Below, piece by piece: positions 7,263 to 15,366 of a stretch of 15,366 nt of DNA. The DNA comes from Candidatus Thorarchaeota archaeon. GTDB lineage: Archaea; Asgardarchaeota; Thorarchaeia; Thorarchaeales; Thorarchaeaceae. The notes beneath the pieces were generated by a model that saw only the letters and a list, made by a program, of their open reading frames with translations, had not been told where the DNA came from and searched no databases. Each line of letters starts with the position of its first letter. The first letter of the stretch is position 1. The stretch spans positions 1 through 15,366 of the forward strand of contig JAEORO010000207.1 in the NCBI GenBank assembly GCA_016840855.1, written 5' to 3'. The position numbers and the translations under genes are program-made.

Positions 7263-8726
7263 CTACTCAGCCCTCAGTGGTTCTAAAGATTTAGCAATGA
7301 GAGGCTGAAGGAATCTTGTTCCTTCCTTCCTAGATATCTCAATCAATTCTTCGAGAATCTCCTTCGCTTCACTCAATCTATTTTGCTTGAGTCTTAGGTT
7401 GACCTTGCTGAGTAATGCAAAACCTAAGTATCCAGGGAATTCACAGTTTCGAGAAGTTTCCTCCAACCTAGTCAACCACTGAGTTGGGGGATCACTATCA
7501 TCAAGTTCATACAGAGCGACCTCTATTTCAGCTAGTCTTCGGAGACAACTATTGATTCTAGTTTGGCGTAGTTGTTTCTCATAGATTTCCAGAGCTTGTG
7601 TAAAGCTCCAGAGTGCATCTTTAAATTTCTCCTTTGCTAACTCAATTAACCCTGTTGAGAAGTGGACCTCTGCAACATGCAAATCTGAACCAGCGCGGCG
7701 CATTTCACCCTTGGCAAAATCGAGATGCTGCTCGGCATCCTCAACTTTTCCAAGCATTGCGAGAGCATTGGATACCCTGAAGTGATTGGAGTGAACTGCA
7801 GGATCTGGACCTGGGAAGAATCCCTTCTCCAAACTCATTTGTGCCCACTCAAGTGCATCCTCTGGACGGTTAATTTCCAAGTATATTCGAGAGAGATTAA
7901 TAGCTACAGAGCCATAGTGAGGATTGGTGTGCTTCCCATCCATTTTATCAATGGATTCCAGATAGAGTTCAATGGAGATATCATACTCTCCACGAACCGT
8001 GTGCATATACACCTTAGTTCCAAAAGACTTTGGATTGAGTTTCTCAGCCTGTTCAGCGTGATACATTGCAGATTTCATGTCGAGATTCCTCAATCCCCAT
8101 GCGATACTGTCATGTAATTTAGCTGCTAACATTTGATCGTCGAATTCCTCTGCTATTGCTAGGGCTCTCTTAAATTCTTCAATAGCCTCTTTCTCTGAAC
8201 CTTCAGCTCTATATCGATAAGCCCGTAATTGGTGAACCGAAGCACTGAATGGCTTAAGATTTGTGTCTTCGTTTATCAGGTGCCACATTCGCTCTTCGAT
8301 TTGTTCCTCTTCAAGACTTCCAACACTTCTACTAAGGTATACATTCCAAAGTAATCCAAGAATACTGAATTCGATCCAAGGATCCAGATTCAATGCAATT
8401 AAATCAGATGCTAAAAGAAAAAGTGATTCCCAATCAGTTCTTTCGCCAAAGACCAAGTCCCTCTGCATCTTGAAAATCTGTCCAAGGACAACCTGAGGAT
8501 GTACAGTCAAGATTTTTTGTAGATGAGCGTTGTAGTTAAGGGATTCAGCTCCTATACATGCAAAAGCTACTAAATCATGCAAAGAGTCCTTCTTTGCCGC
8601 TTCAATACATAGATTTTCCACAAAATTATCATAGTTCGATGATGATTGGAGTATGGTTTCAATCTTACTAAGCGTGTTTACACTCAGAAATGGGAAATAC
8701 TTGGAAATCGAACCAGTAGGCTTCAC
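7263..8726 (-). CDS. Tetratricopeptide repeat protein
   Basis: Repeated TPR-like helices (EAIEEFKRALAIAE, EDALEWAQMSL, DALWSFTQALEIYE, EAKEILEEL); 487-aa ORF. Confidence 0.85.
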   Translation of the reverse strand: MKPTGSISKYFPFLSVNTLSKIETILQSSSNYDNFVENLCIEAAKKDSLHDLVAFACIGAESLNYNAHLQKILTVHPQVVLGQIFKMQRDLVFGERTDWESLFLLASDLIALNLDPWIEFSILGLLWNVYLSRSVGSLEEEQIEERMWHLINEDTNLKPFSASVHQLRAYRYRAEGSEKEAIEEFKRALAIAEEFDDQMLAAKLHDSIAWGLRNLDMKSAMYHAEQAEKLNPKSFGTKVYMHTVRGEYDISIELYLESIDKMDGKHTNPHYGSVAINLSRIYLEINRPEDALEWAQMSLEKGFFPGPDPAVHSNHFRVSNALAMLGKVEDAEQHLDFAKGEMRRAGSDLHVAEVHFSTGLIELAKEKFKDALWSFTQALEIYEKQLRQTRINSCLRRLAEIEVALYELDDSDPPTQWLTRLEETSRNCEFPGYLGFALLSKVNLRLKQNRLSEAKEILEELIEISRKEGTRFLQPLIAKSLEPLRAE

Positions 8727-9062
8727 ATTGATATCTATAGAACCAGAACTGAAAACTTCTTCTGTGATATTGAAATATAGATTAAAGACGATGTTTCAAA
8801 CGACTAACTATTCCTTTCTGACCTTCCGGGTAAACTCATGTGTAGCTGATCAAATCTCATCCAGTTTCTGAATCATTATACGCTGGAGAAGACTGCAAGG
8901 CGTGCTGATGCTATTGAATTCACTCGAGAACATACTTTTTATTTTTAGACTGATAGTGATTTTCCTTTTTGAAGAAAAATTATCGAAAGGCAGATATATT
9001 CCCATTGTGAGAAGTGTTTGAGTAATAATGTATTTCGTGGTTTTTTAGGGGGTAAGAAAAAG

Positions 9063-12000
9063 TTGAATAAAAAGATGCCACTGATTTTTTTGATTTTCTT
9101 AGTAGTTTCACTCAGCCCTTTAATCCTAGAAATGAGAGGTTATGAGAAACTGAATGATGACTCACTAGTGGATCGAATGTCTATCAACTTTGAAGAGAGA
9201 ACATATTACTCATCATATGAGCCACATGATCAGATTATTATCTATGGTGATGATGATTTCGATGAACAAGGTTGGCCTGGATCTGGGACCTCTGAAGATC
9301 CATACGTAATCGAAGGTTATGAGATTGTTTCAGACTATGATTGCATCGCTATACATAGTACGACTGTTCATTTCGTTGTTCGGAATTGTTACGTGAGAGC
9401 TCTTGCACCAAGTGAACATCGTGACGGAATCAAAATTCAAAGTGTAGATTCTGCAATTGTCGAAAATTGCATTGTAGAGATGAAAGGATATGGACTTTAT
9501 GTATTATTGTCATCCAATGTCATTCTAAGAAATAATACAGTACGAAACACACCGGATTATGGAATACGTATCTCTTCATCTTCTTCATGTGAGATATATG
9601 AAAACGCTGTCTATAATGTACCAAACCAAGGGATTGATGCTTTTACCATTTCAAATTGTATCATCGCAAATAACTTTGTATGGGATTGCGATGCAGGCGG
9701 AATTAGTTTCTATGATTCGAGTAATAACATCGTAGAGGACAACATCGTTCATGATTGCGGCAGTAGTGGAATATCTCTTGAAACGTGCACGTCTTGCATA
9801 TTTAGAAACAATACTATTTTTACAAATGCAGGTCCTGGATTCTATAATTACGATAGTGACCAATGCGACCTAATTGACAATGAGATATATGATAATGAAG
9901 AAGGAGGAATCTTTTGGAATAGAGGTGATTATTGTAAATGGGAAGGGAACCATATTCATGATAATCATCGAATAGGCGCATATCTATATTATGGACTCCT
10001 TTGTAATCTTACGAACAATAACTTCGAAAGAGATGGTCTGTATGTGTTGGGTGTAGCCGCGTCAGATTGGAATCACTATGTTTCAGGTAACACAGTTAAC
10101 GGGAAAAGTTTAGGCTACTTCTTTGGAATCTCCGATAGCATAATTGACGGAAATAAATATGGTCAGGTTATTATCGCTGATTGTCATAGACTAAAAGTAC
10201 AGGGAGGCACCGTTGGAAACTCAGACATTGGAATAGCATGCTATCTTAGCTCAAACATAACCATTGAATCTCTTTCAATCAATGATGAATACTCAGGAAT
10301 CTATCTATACTCATCAGCAGATTGCAATGTTTCATCTACCACCATGATTGATTGTGGCGTTTCTATTATAGGAAGTCAACTAGCAAATTGGCTGCACAAT
10401 TTCACCGAAACAACTGTGAATGGGCTTCCTGTTGCCTATTGTTTAAACGAAGATGGCACAGTAATTGATGGTAGTGCCTTTGGACAAGCTATAATTGTTA
10501 ACTCTACCAATATTCAACTGGCAGACGGTAATTTTGTAAATGCTAGCCAAGGAGTTTCCATTGCTTTTTCATCAGACTGTAAAATTCTCAGAAATACCAT
10601 AGATGGTGGCTTTAATGGATTAGAAATCCGCGAATGCCAAGATTCTCACTTTGAAAATAACTCAATTACTAATTCTTTGGAGAGAGCTGTCCTTCTCTAC
10701 TACTCAGAAGAGTGTACATTTACTAATAACACAATCTCCAATTCCGAGTTTGGGATGTATCTCTATTATAGTCAAAACTGTGGAATAAATGAGAGTTCAA
10801 TAATTCAAAACATCTACGGTGTCTATTCCAGTTATTCAAGTCATCTTAATTTCTCGGGGAATTTAGAGAAAGGTAATGTTCGTGGGATTCAACTCAGTTC
10901 TTCAAGTCATTCCACAATTAGAAACGACACTATCTGTGCAAATGAATTCTATGGAATTTACGGGTATTCGTCGAACTATATTATCATCAAGGATTGTATC
11001 ATCGAAGACAATGGTGACAATGGCATTTACTTTTCAAGCTCCTTCAATGGATCGATTATTCACAACGAAGTGAATCATAACGGATATGATGGTATATCAA
11101 TATGGACAAGTGATGGATTTGATATTATCAATAATACAGCTTCTAGAAATACAGACTATGGAATCCTTATCCATCATTTTTCAGAATACAACAGAATCTA
11201 CGGAAATATAATTACAGACAACATCTATGGGAATGGATACGATTACGAATCCGAGAATTCGTGGGATGATGGCATTTCAACAGGAAACTACTGGAGTGAT
11301 TACATTGGTCCAGGACCATACTATCTTGATGGTCCAGGTTACAACGTAGACAACTATCCATCAGGACCAGCGGTCGTTCTATTCATTCATAGTGATGTCA
11401 GCTACCATCTAAATACAAATCCAACATTAAGATGGGACTCCTTCTCTTCAGAACCAGATTATTTCATAATCTTCAGAGATGGAGAGATTCACGATTCTGG
11501 GATTTGGGATGGTCTTGATGTTTCGACAAATGTTATTACGAATTCTTTGGGTGTGTACAACTACACACTTTTTGTAAATGGAACTTCTGGCGAATATAAA
11601 ACGGATACAGTCATGGTGACAATCTATGATAATCCACCTACAATCGACTCACCATTAGACCAGGGATATAATTTTGATACCATAGGGCACACTATTGTGT
11701 GGCATCCATCTGATTTCAATCCGTTTGGATATTATGTCTACCAAAATGATAGCTTAGTAAATTCAGGTAGTTGGAGTGGTTCAAGTATTCAAATTTCCGT
11801 AGATGGGTTAGCAATAGGAGTACATAGGTTCATGCTAGTTGTTAATGATACAAGTGACAACAAAGCAAGTGATATTGTAAGAGTAACCGTATGGGACACA
11901 AATCCATGGCTTGATTCACCGTATGGAGATATTGAATACATCGAAGGTACTTCAAATAATTACATTCACTGGGATGCATCAGATCTTAATCCAGCTAATT

Positions 12001-12326
12001 ACACAGTCTACAGAAACTCCACAATGCTCACATTTAGTCCATGGAATGGTGGGTCTATCTCATACAATGTTGATGGTTTGAGTGTGGGAGTTTATAATTA
12101 CACTATCATGGTGATGGACACTAGCGGACAAACTGCATACGACACTGTTTTCGTAACTGTGTTAGCAACTCCACCCGAAACAACAACCCCAACAACTCCC
12201 GTTACAACCACCACAACAACAAGTGATGGCGGAGGTGGTACGCTAGACCCGCTAGTACCCCTAGCAATCAGTCTTGCTTCTATGGCTGTGATTGTCGTGG
12301 TTTTGATACTTTGGAAACGGAAATAA
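9063..12326 (+). CDS. Cell-surface right-handed parallel beta-helix (PbH1/NosD-like) protein with three Ig-like repeats, Thr-rich linker and C-terminal TM anchor
   Basis: GWPGSGTSEDPYVIEG cap, many GIxxxxSxNxxIxNNxIxxN repeats, GNYWSDY, terminal TM helix plus KRK. Start is likely TTG 9063 or ATG 9075 rather than 9018. Confidence 0.9.
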   Translation: MNKKMPLIFLIFLVVSLSPLILEMRGYEKLNDDSLVDRMSINFEERTYYSSYEPHDQIIIYGDDDFDEQGWPGSGTSEDPYVIEGYEIVSDYDCIAIHSTTVHFVVRNCYVRALAPSEHRDGIKIQSVDSAIVENCIVEMKGYGLYVLLSSNVILRNNTVRNTPDYGIRISSSSSCEIYENAVYNVPNQGIDAFTISNCIIANNFVWDCDAGGISFYDSSNNIVEDNIVHDCGSSGISLETCTSCIFRNNTIFTNAGPGFYNYDSDQCDLIDNEIYDNEEGGIFWNRGDYCKWEGNHIHDNHRIGAYLYYGLLCNLTNNNFERDGLYVLGVAASDWNHYVSGNTVNGKSLGYFFGISDSIIDGNKYGQVIIADCHRLKVQGGTVGNSDIGIACYLSSNITIESLSINDEYSGIYLYSSADCNVSSTTMIDCGVSIIGSQLANWLHNFTETTVNGLPVAYCLNEDGTVIDGSAFGQAIIVNSTNIQLADGNFVNASQGVSIAFSSDCKILRNTIDGGFNGLEIRECQDSHFENNSITNSLERAVLLYYSEECTFTNNTISNSEFGMYLYYSQNCGINESSIIQNIYGVYSSYSSHLNFSGNLEKGNVRGIQLSSSSHSTIRNDTICANEFYGIYGYSSNYIIIKDCIIEDNGDNGIYFSSSFNGSIIHNEVNHNGYDGISIWTSDGFDIINNTASRNTDYGILIHHFSEYNRIYGNIITDNIYGNGYDYESENSWDDGISTGNYWSDYIGPGPYYLDGPGYNVDNYPSGPAVVLFIHSDVSYHLNTNPTLRWDSFSSEPDYFIIFRDGEIHDSGIWDGLDVSTNVITNSLGVYNYTLFVNGTSGEYKTDTVMVTIYDNPPTIDSPLDQGYNFDTIGHTIVWHPSDFNPFGYYVYQNDSLVNSGSWSGSSIQISVDGLAIGVHRFMLVVNDTSDNKASDIVRVTVWDTNPWLDSPYGDIEYIEGTSNNYIHWDASDLNPANYTVYRNSTMLTFSPWNGGSISYNVDGLSVGVYNYTIMVMDTSGQTAYDTVFVTVLATPPETTTPTTPVTTTTTTSDGGGGTLDPLVPLAISLASMAVIVVVLILWKRK
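10035..10505 (+). repeat. Intragenic protein-level duplication of a TVNG...GQ insert
   Basis: GLYVLG..W.H...NTVNGKSLGY...IIDG..YGQVII (from 10035) and GVSIIG..W.H...TTVNGLPVAY...VIDG..FGQAII (from 10356); period 107 aa. Confidence 0.75.
11388..12165 (+). repeat. Three tandem Ig-like beta-sandwich repeats of about 85-90 aa
   Basis: Each has D..Y, W...D..P..Y.(I/V)Y, W.G, L..G.(Y/H).(Y/F).(L/I).V and D.V.VT(I/V). Confidence 0.75.
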
Positions 12327-12328
12327 CA

Positions 12329-12349
12329 AATTTATTTTTTGTTTATTCA
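12329..12349 (+). terminator. T-rich tract, possible terminator
   Basis: tttattttttgtttatt directly after the stop of the surface-protein gene. Confidence 0.45.
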
Positions 12350-12456
12350 CCCTCAGACCTAATGAGGATGATGAGTGGTATGTCTAATAATAAACTCAGT
12401 TCGTAAAGCGGCATTCATAAGAGTGAAAGAATACTAGCAATTCAGGAGTGCTGCAC

Positions 12457-13362
12457 ATGCTAAATTTCAAATCAGAACAAAAAACTCTGGAAATATATGG
12501 TGTTAGAATTGGAGGACAATTAGGAAGAATCCCCACTGTCCTTATTCCATCTATCTTCTATACGAAAGACCCTCTCGTAAATAAAGCTGAAACTGGTGAG
12601 ATTGATAAGATAGCAACCGAGAGTCTTCTGGATATGCTGCACAACATGTCTGAAAGAACTGGCTTAGGAACCATGCTAGATGTCGTAGCAACAACTAGTG
12701 AAGCAATGGAAAAATACCTTCAGTTACTTGTAGATATGACAGAGTTTCCTCTTCTAATCGATGGCTCTGACTCTCTCGAGGTCAACACAGCAGGAATAAG
12801 ATTTGCCAAAGAAGCAGGATTCCTCGATAGGGTCATCATCAACTCACTAACTCCAGATACAAAGAGCGAGTTATATGAGGTTGTAGAAGAAACTGGTTTG
12901 GTTAATGCATTGCTCCTAACATTCAACTCAAACTCATTGCTTTCTGTTTCAAAAAGAGTCCAAGTTGCAGATTCTCTTATTGAAAAGGCTCAAGCATCAG
13001 GTGTTTCAAATATTTTGATAGATACTGGAGTCATGGATCTTCCCACTTTGGGTATTGCATGCAGAACCCAGCAAATCCTGAAAGACGGTTATGGATATCC
13101 GGTGGGGAATGGAGCTCACAATGCTATTAGCACATGGAGGGGACTTGTGCCAAAATTCGGGAAGGATGCAAAGAAACCTGCACTTGTTGGATCAAGTCTT
13201 ATGCCAGTAGCTCTTGGAGCTGATTTTGTACTAATGGGACCTGCGAAGCATGCACCGATTGTATATCCATCAGTCGCAATGGTGGATGTTGCTCTTTCAG
13301 GGATTCTCATTGAGGAAAATATACGGCCTGACAAACCACACCCACGATATCTAATAGGTTAA
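12457..13362 (+). CDS. mtrH: MtrH/MtxH-family pterin-dependent methyltransferase
   Basis: MLNFKSEQK, IGGQLG..PTVL..SIFY, PLLIDG, IINS, ILIDT, GYPVGNGAHN...TW, GADFVLMGP. aggagtg upstream of ATG 12457. Confidence 0.9.
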   Translation: MLNFKSEQKTLEIYGVRIGGQLGRIPTVLIPSIFYTKDPLVNKAETGEIDKIATESLLDMLHNMSERTGLGTMLDVVATTSEAMEKYLQLLVDMTEFPLLIDGSDSLEVNTAGIRFAKEAGFLDRVIINSLTPDTKSELYEVVEETGLVNALLLTFNSNSLLSVSKRVQVADSLIEKAQASGVSNILIDTGVMDLPTLGIACRTQQILKDGYGYPVGNGAHNAISTWRGLVPKFGKDAKKPALVGSSLMPVALGADFVLMGPAKHAPIVYPSVAMVDVALSGILIEENIRPDKPHPRYLIG

Positions 13363-13433
13363 GCGTTAATGAGTAGCTATTGCTTTGATGGTATTCCTCT
13401 TATTTACACGATATATAGAACCACAAGATAAGA

Positions 13434-13688
13434 ATGGCAATAGAGGAACCAACTACCGAGCTATCATCTAAAAGAAGACTTGCTCGAAGCCTATACATCA
13501 GCATTTTTGTCATATCTACTGGTGTAATTTCGGTCATTCTCTCTATAAGAGGATACATTTCATTTGATCCTCTAACTGCCCTTGTTGTTGGTTTAATAGC
13601 AGGATTTGCTCTTGTTATTTTTCAATTAACTTATGTCAAGTTTATAGTGAGATCAAGTTGGAGGATAAAGGGTCAACCAATTGATTAA
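13434..13688 (+). CDS. Small hypothetical membrane protein with two TM helices
   Basis: 84-aa ORF with two hydrophobic segments, co-oriented with its neighbours. Confidence 0.7.
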   Translation: MAIEEPTTELSSKRRLARSLYISIFVISTGVISVILSIRGYISFDPLTALVVGLIAGFALVIFQLTYVKFIVRSSWRIKGQPID

Positions 13689-13748
13689 ACACATTGTAAC
13701 CAGAGAAAACCTACAGGACAACAATAATGAAATACTTCCTTATTCCTC

Positions 13749-14504
13749 ATGAAATCGTTTATGATGGTAGAACTTGTCTTTGGGGAATTAGCTCTGCTTG
13801 ATATCAGCATGGCTATAGCTACTGGATTAATAGTCTCAGTGGTCCTTTCGACAGCCTACTATATGGCTGCTTCAGGTATGCCAAAGTGGAAACCGCGGAA
13901 ACTGGTTCATGTAGTGATGGGTACCGTTATCGCGATGACCGTGGTTGCATATTCAAATCTAAGCGGACCAGCATTCGCAGTGGGAATTTTTCTAACGATT
14001 CTAATGTATGCTTGGGCTCACAAAAGCGAGCTACTTTGGGAATTACTCATTGCAGGAAGTCGAGAAAATGAAACCAGACTCAACACATTTGCCGCAGGGT
14101 TTATGGGACTTGTATCGTTTGCGACTGTCTTCCTTGTTTTCTTCTCGAGACCTGAGATATTTGTTGCCTCAATCTTGGCAGTTTCGTGGGGTGATGCCGC
14201 AGGAGAAGTGATTGGCAGACCTTTTGGTGGAAAGCTTGTCAAAATAAGATATCGGAACAAATCAGTTGAAGGTAGTATTGGAGTTCTTATCTTCACCACA
14301 TTATCAGTCATAGCCTCATTGGTCATCTTCTCACCAGACACTATCATTCTGGAGGTATTGCCTAATATTCTAGCTATTGCTATATGTTCAACCATAGCAG
14401 AGTTTCTCAGTATTGGATGGACTGATAACTTCTTCATCCCAATGGTCACTGCTATCACTATGTGGTGGTTTCTCTTTCCAGGAATCGTTTTGTTTCCGAT
14501 CTAG
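13749..14504 (+). CDS. CTP-dependent isoprenoid alcohol kinase family (phytol/dolichol/Dgk1-like) membrane protein
   Basis: RKLVH, WGDAAGEVIG..FG, KSVEGS and terminal DNFFIP motifs; polytopic. Confidence 0.85.
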   Translation: MKSFMMVELVFGELALLDISMAIATGLIVSVVLSTAYYMAASGMPKWKPRKLVHVVMGTVIAMTVVAYSNLSGPAFAVGIFLTILMYAWAHKSELLWELLIAGSRENETRLNTFAAGFMGLVSFATVFLVFFSRPEIFVASILAVSWGDAAGEVIGRPFGGKLVKIRYRNKSVEGSIGVLIFTTLSVIASLVIFSPDTIILEVLPNILAIAICSTIAEFLSIGWTDNFFIPMVTAITMWWFLFPGIVLFPI

Positions 14505-14514
14505 ACGAAAATAA

Positions 14515-15366
14515 TTATCCCCAATCGCTGATTCGCTCTATCCCAGATTCACCTAATTCACAGACAAGTTTGAGTTCAGCAAGTATACCAGACCAGCCGA
14601 TATCGTAACCAATAACTGCCTCAGGTGACTTAAAGCCATGATGATGAAGAGTTACAAGTGTGTGTTCATTCACCTCTTCAAACCGCACGTTGACCAAGGT
14701 TTCAGGTTCATCACCATGGACCCAAGAAAATTCCAGCTCTCTATCAGGAATCATTTTCTTGAACACAACAGGACCTCTACCTTCAGCCCACCATGTATAG
14801 ATTCCAGCATATTGGCGGTCAACCACAGGGTGGTCTGCACGAATGAAATGTTTCAATTTCTCAGGATTGGTCCAGACATCAAAAGGTAGCGATGGTGGTG
14901 TCTTACAAATAACACTCAATCGGACATCCACAGGGTCATAGCGCGTGATTCGTAGTGGGTGATAGTCAGAATAATTGAAACGAATCGCAGGGGCGCTGAG
15001 CTCAACTGCAGCTTTAAAATTAGCAAGCAAAAGGTTCCAATGTTCAGGGAGGTGGTAGTTCCTAGCTGAAACTGGCACTGCTCCATGATTAACTTGGATC
15101 ATAGTCCCAGGGCCAATAGGATTGAATCTTATAACAAGAAGAGTATCCACACCCATGATTCTCCAAGAGAGAAGAAGGACCTTCTGTTCTTTGACTTCTT
15201 TGATATCCCAGTAGTTGGCAAGCTCGGGGGTTGTAGGAGCATGCGGTCCAAGAAATCTAATTGTGCCGCCCACTCGAACATCTGCGCTAATCTCATCGCC
15301 TAACCACTGAAGCATGATGATTGGATCTAGGAATTTCTCCCAGACCTCCTCCAAAGGTCTGGAAAC
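14515..15366 (-). CDS. Tandem SRPBCC/AHSA1-like domain protein, 5'-truncated by the window edge
   Basis: Frame is open to the window end (VSRPLEEVW). Two copies of the fold: VWEKFLDP...QW...LSW...T..QVNH...W and FDVWTNPE...FSW...TLVTLHHHG...GW...LAELK. Confidence 0.88.
   Translation of the reverse strand, partial: VSRPLEEVWEKFLDPIIMLQWLGDEISADVRVGGTIRFLGPHAPTTPELANYWDIKEVKEQKVLLLSWRIMGVDTLLVIRFNPIGPGTMIQVNHGAVPVSARNYHLPEHWNLLLANFKAAVELSAPAIRFNYSDYHPLRITRYDPVDVRLSVICKTPPSLPFDVWTNPEKLKHFIRADHPVVDRQYAGIYTWWAEGRGPVVFKKMIPDRELEFSWVHGDEPETLVNVRFEEVNEHTLVTLHHHGFKSPEAVIGYDIGWSGILAELKLVCELGESGIERISDWG

Noticed and set aside
12347-12380. Small hairpin (cctca/tgagg) and box C-like atgatga upstream of mtrH
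   Set aside because: Short stem and no downstream box D (ctga) in the intergenic region; not enough for a C/D sRNA call.
612-15303. Short alternative-frame and antisense ORFs (e.g. 612-902, 811-1212, 1344-1628, 7725-8117, 8653-8871, 14018-14458, 14638-14889)
   Set aside because: Most overlap better-supported genes and none carries a recognisable motif; treated as shadow ORFs.

Overview
AT-rich prokaryotic window, most likely archaeal. The gene styles (TPR protein starting MKPxGxIxxYFPF, circularly permuted membrane-anchored family-5 solute-binding protein, beta-helix/Ig surface protein, stand-alone MtrH) suggest an Asgard archaeon, probably Thorarchaeota; this is inference, not a database result. 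About 13 genes in order: partial GyrI-like protein, a translationally coupled pair (small helical protein plus HdrA-type 2x[4Fe-4S] ferredoxin fusion), NfsA-like nitroreductase, divergent Fpg/Nei protein, acyltransferase-3, solute-binding protein, TPR protein, beta-helix surface protein, MtrH-like methyltransferase, small membrane protein, phytol/dolichol-kinase-like protein and a partial tandem SRPBCC protein. No rRNA, tRNA, CRISPR array or mobile element was seen. The most unusual locus is about 900-2075: two coupled genes share a paralogous 43-aa helical domain, with paired direct repeats upstream and a long hairpin downstream. Also notable are an Fpg homolog lacking three canonical catalytic residues and a strand-asymmetric hairpin at 298-355.
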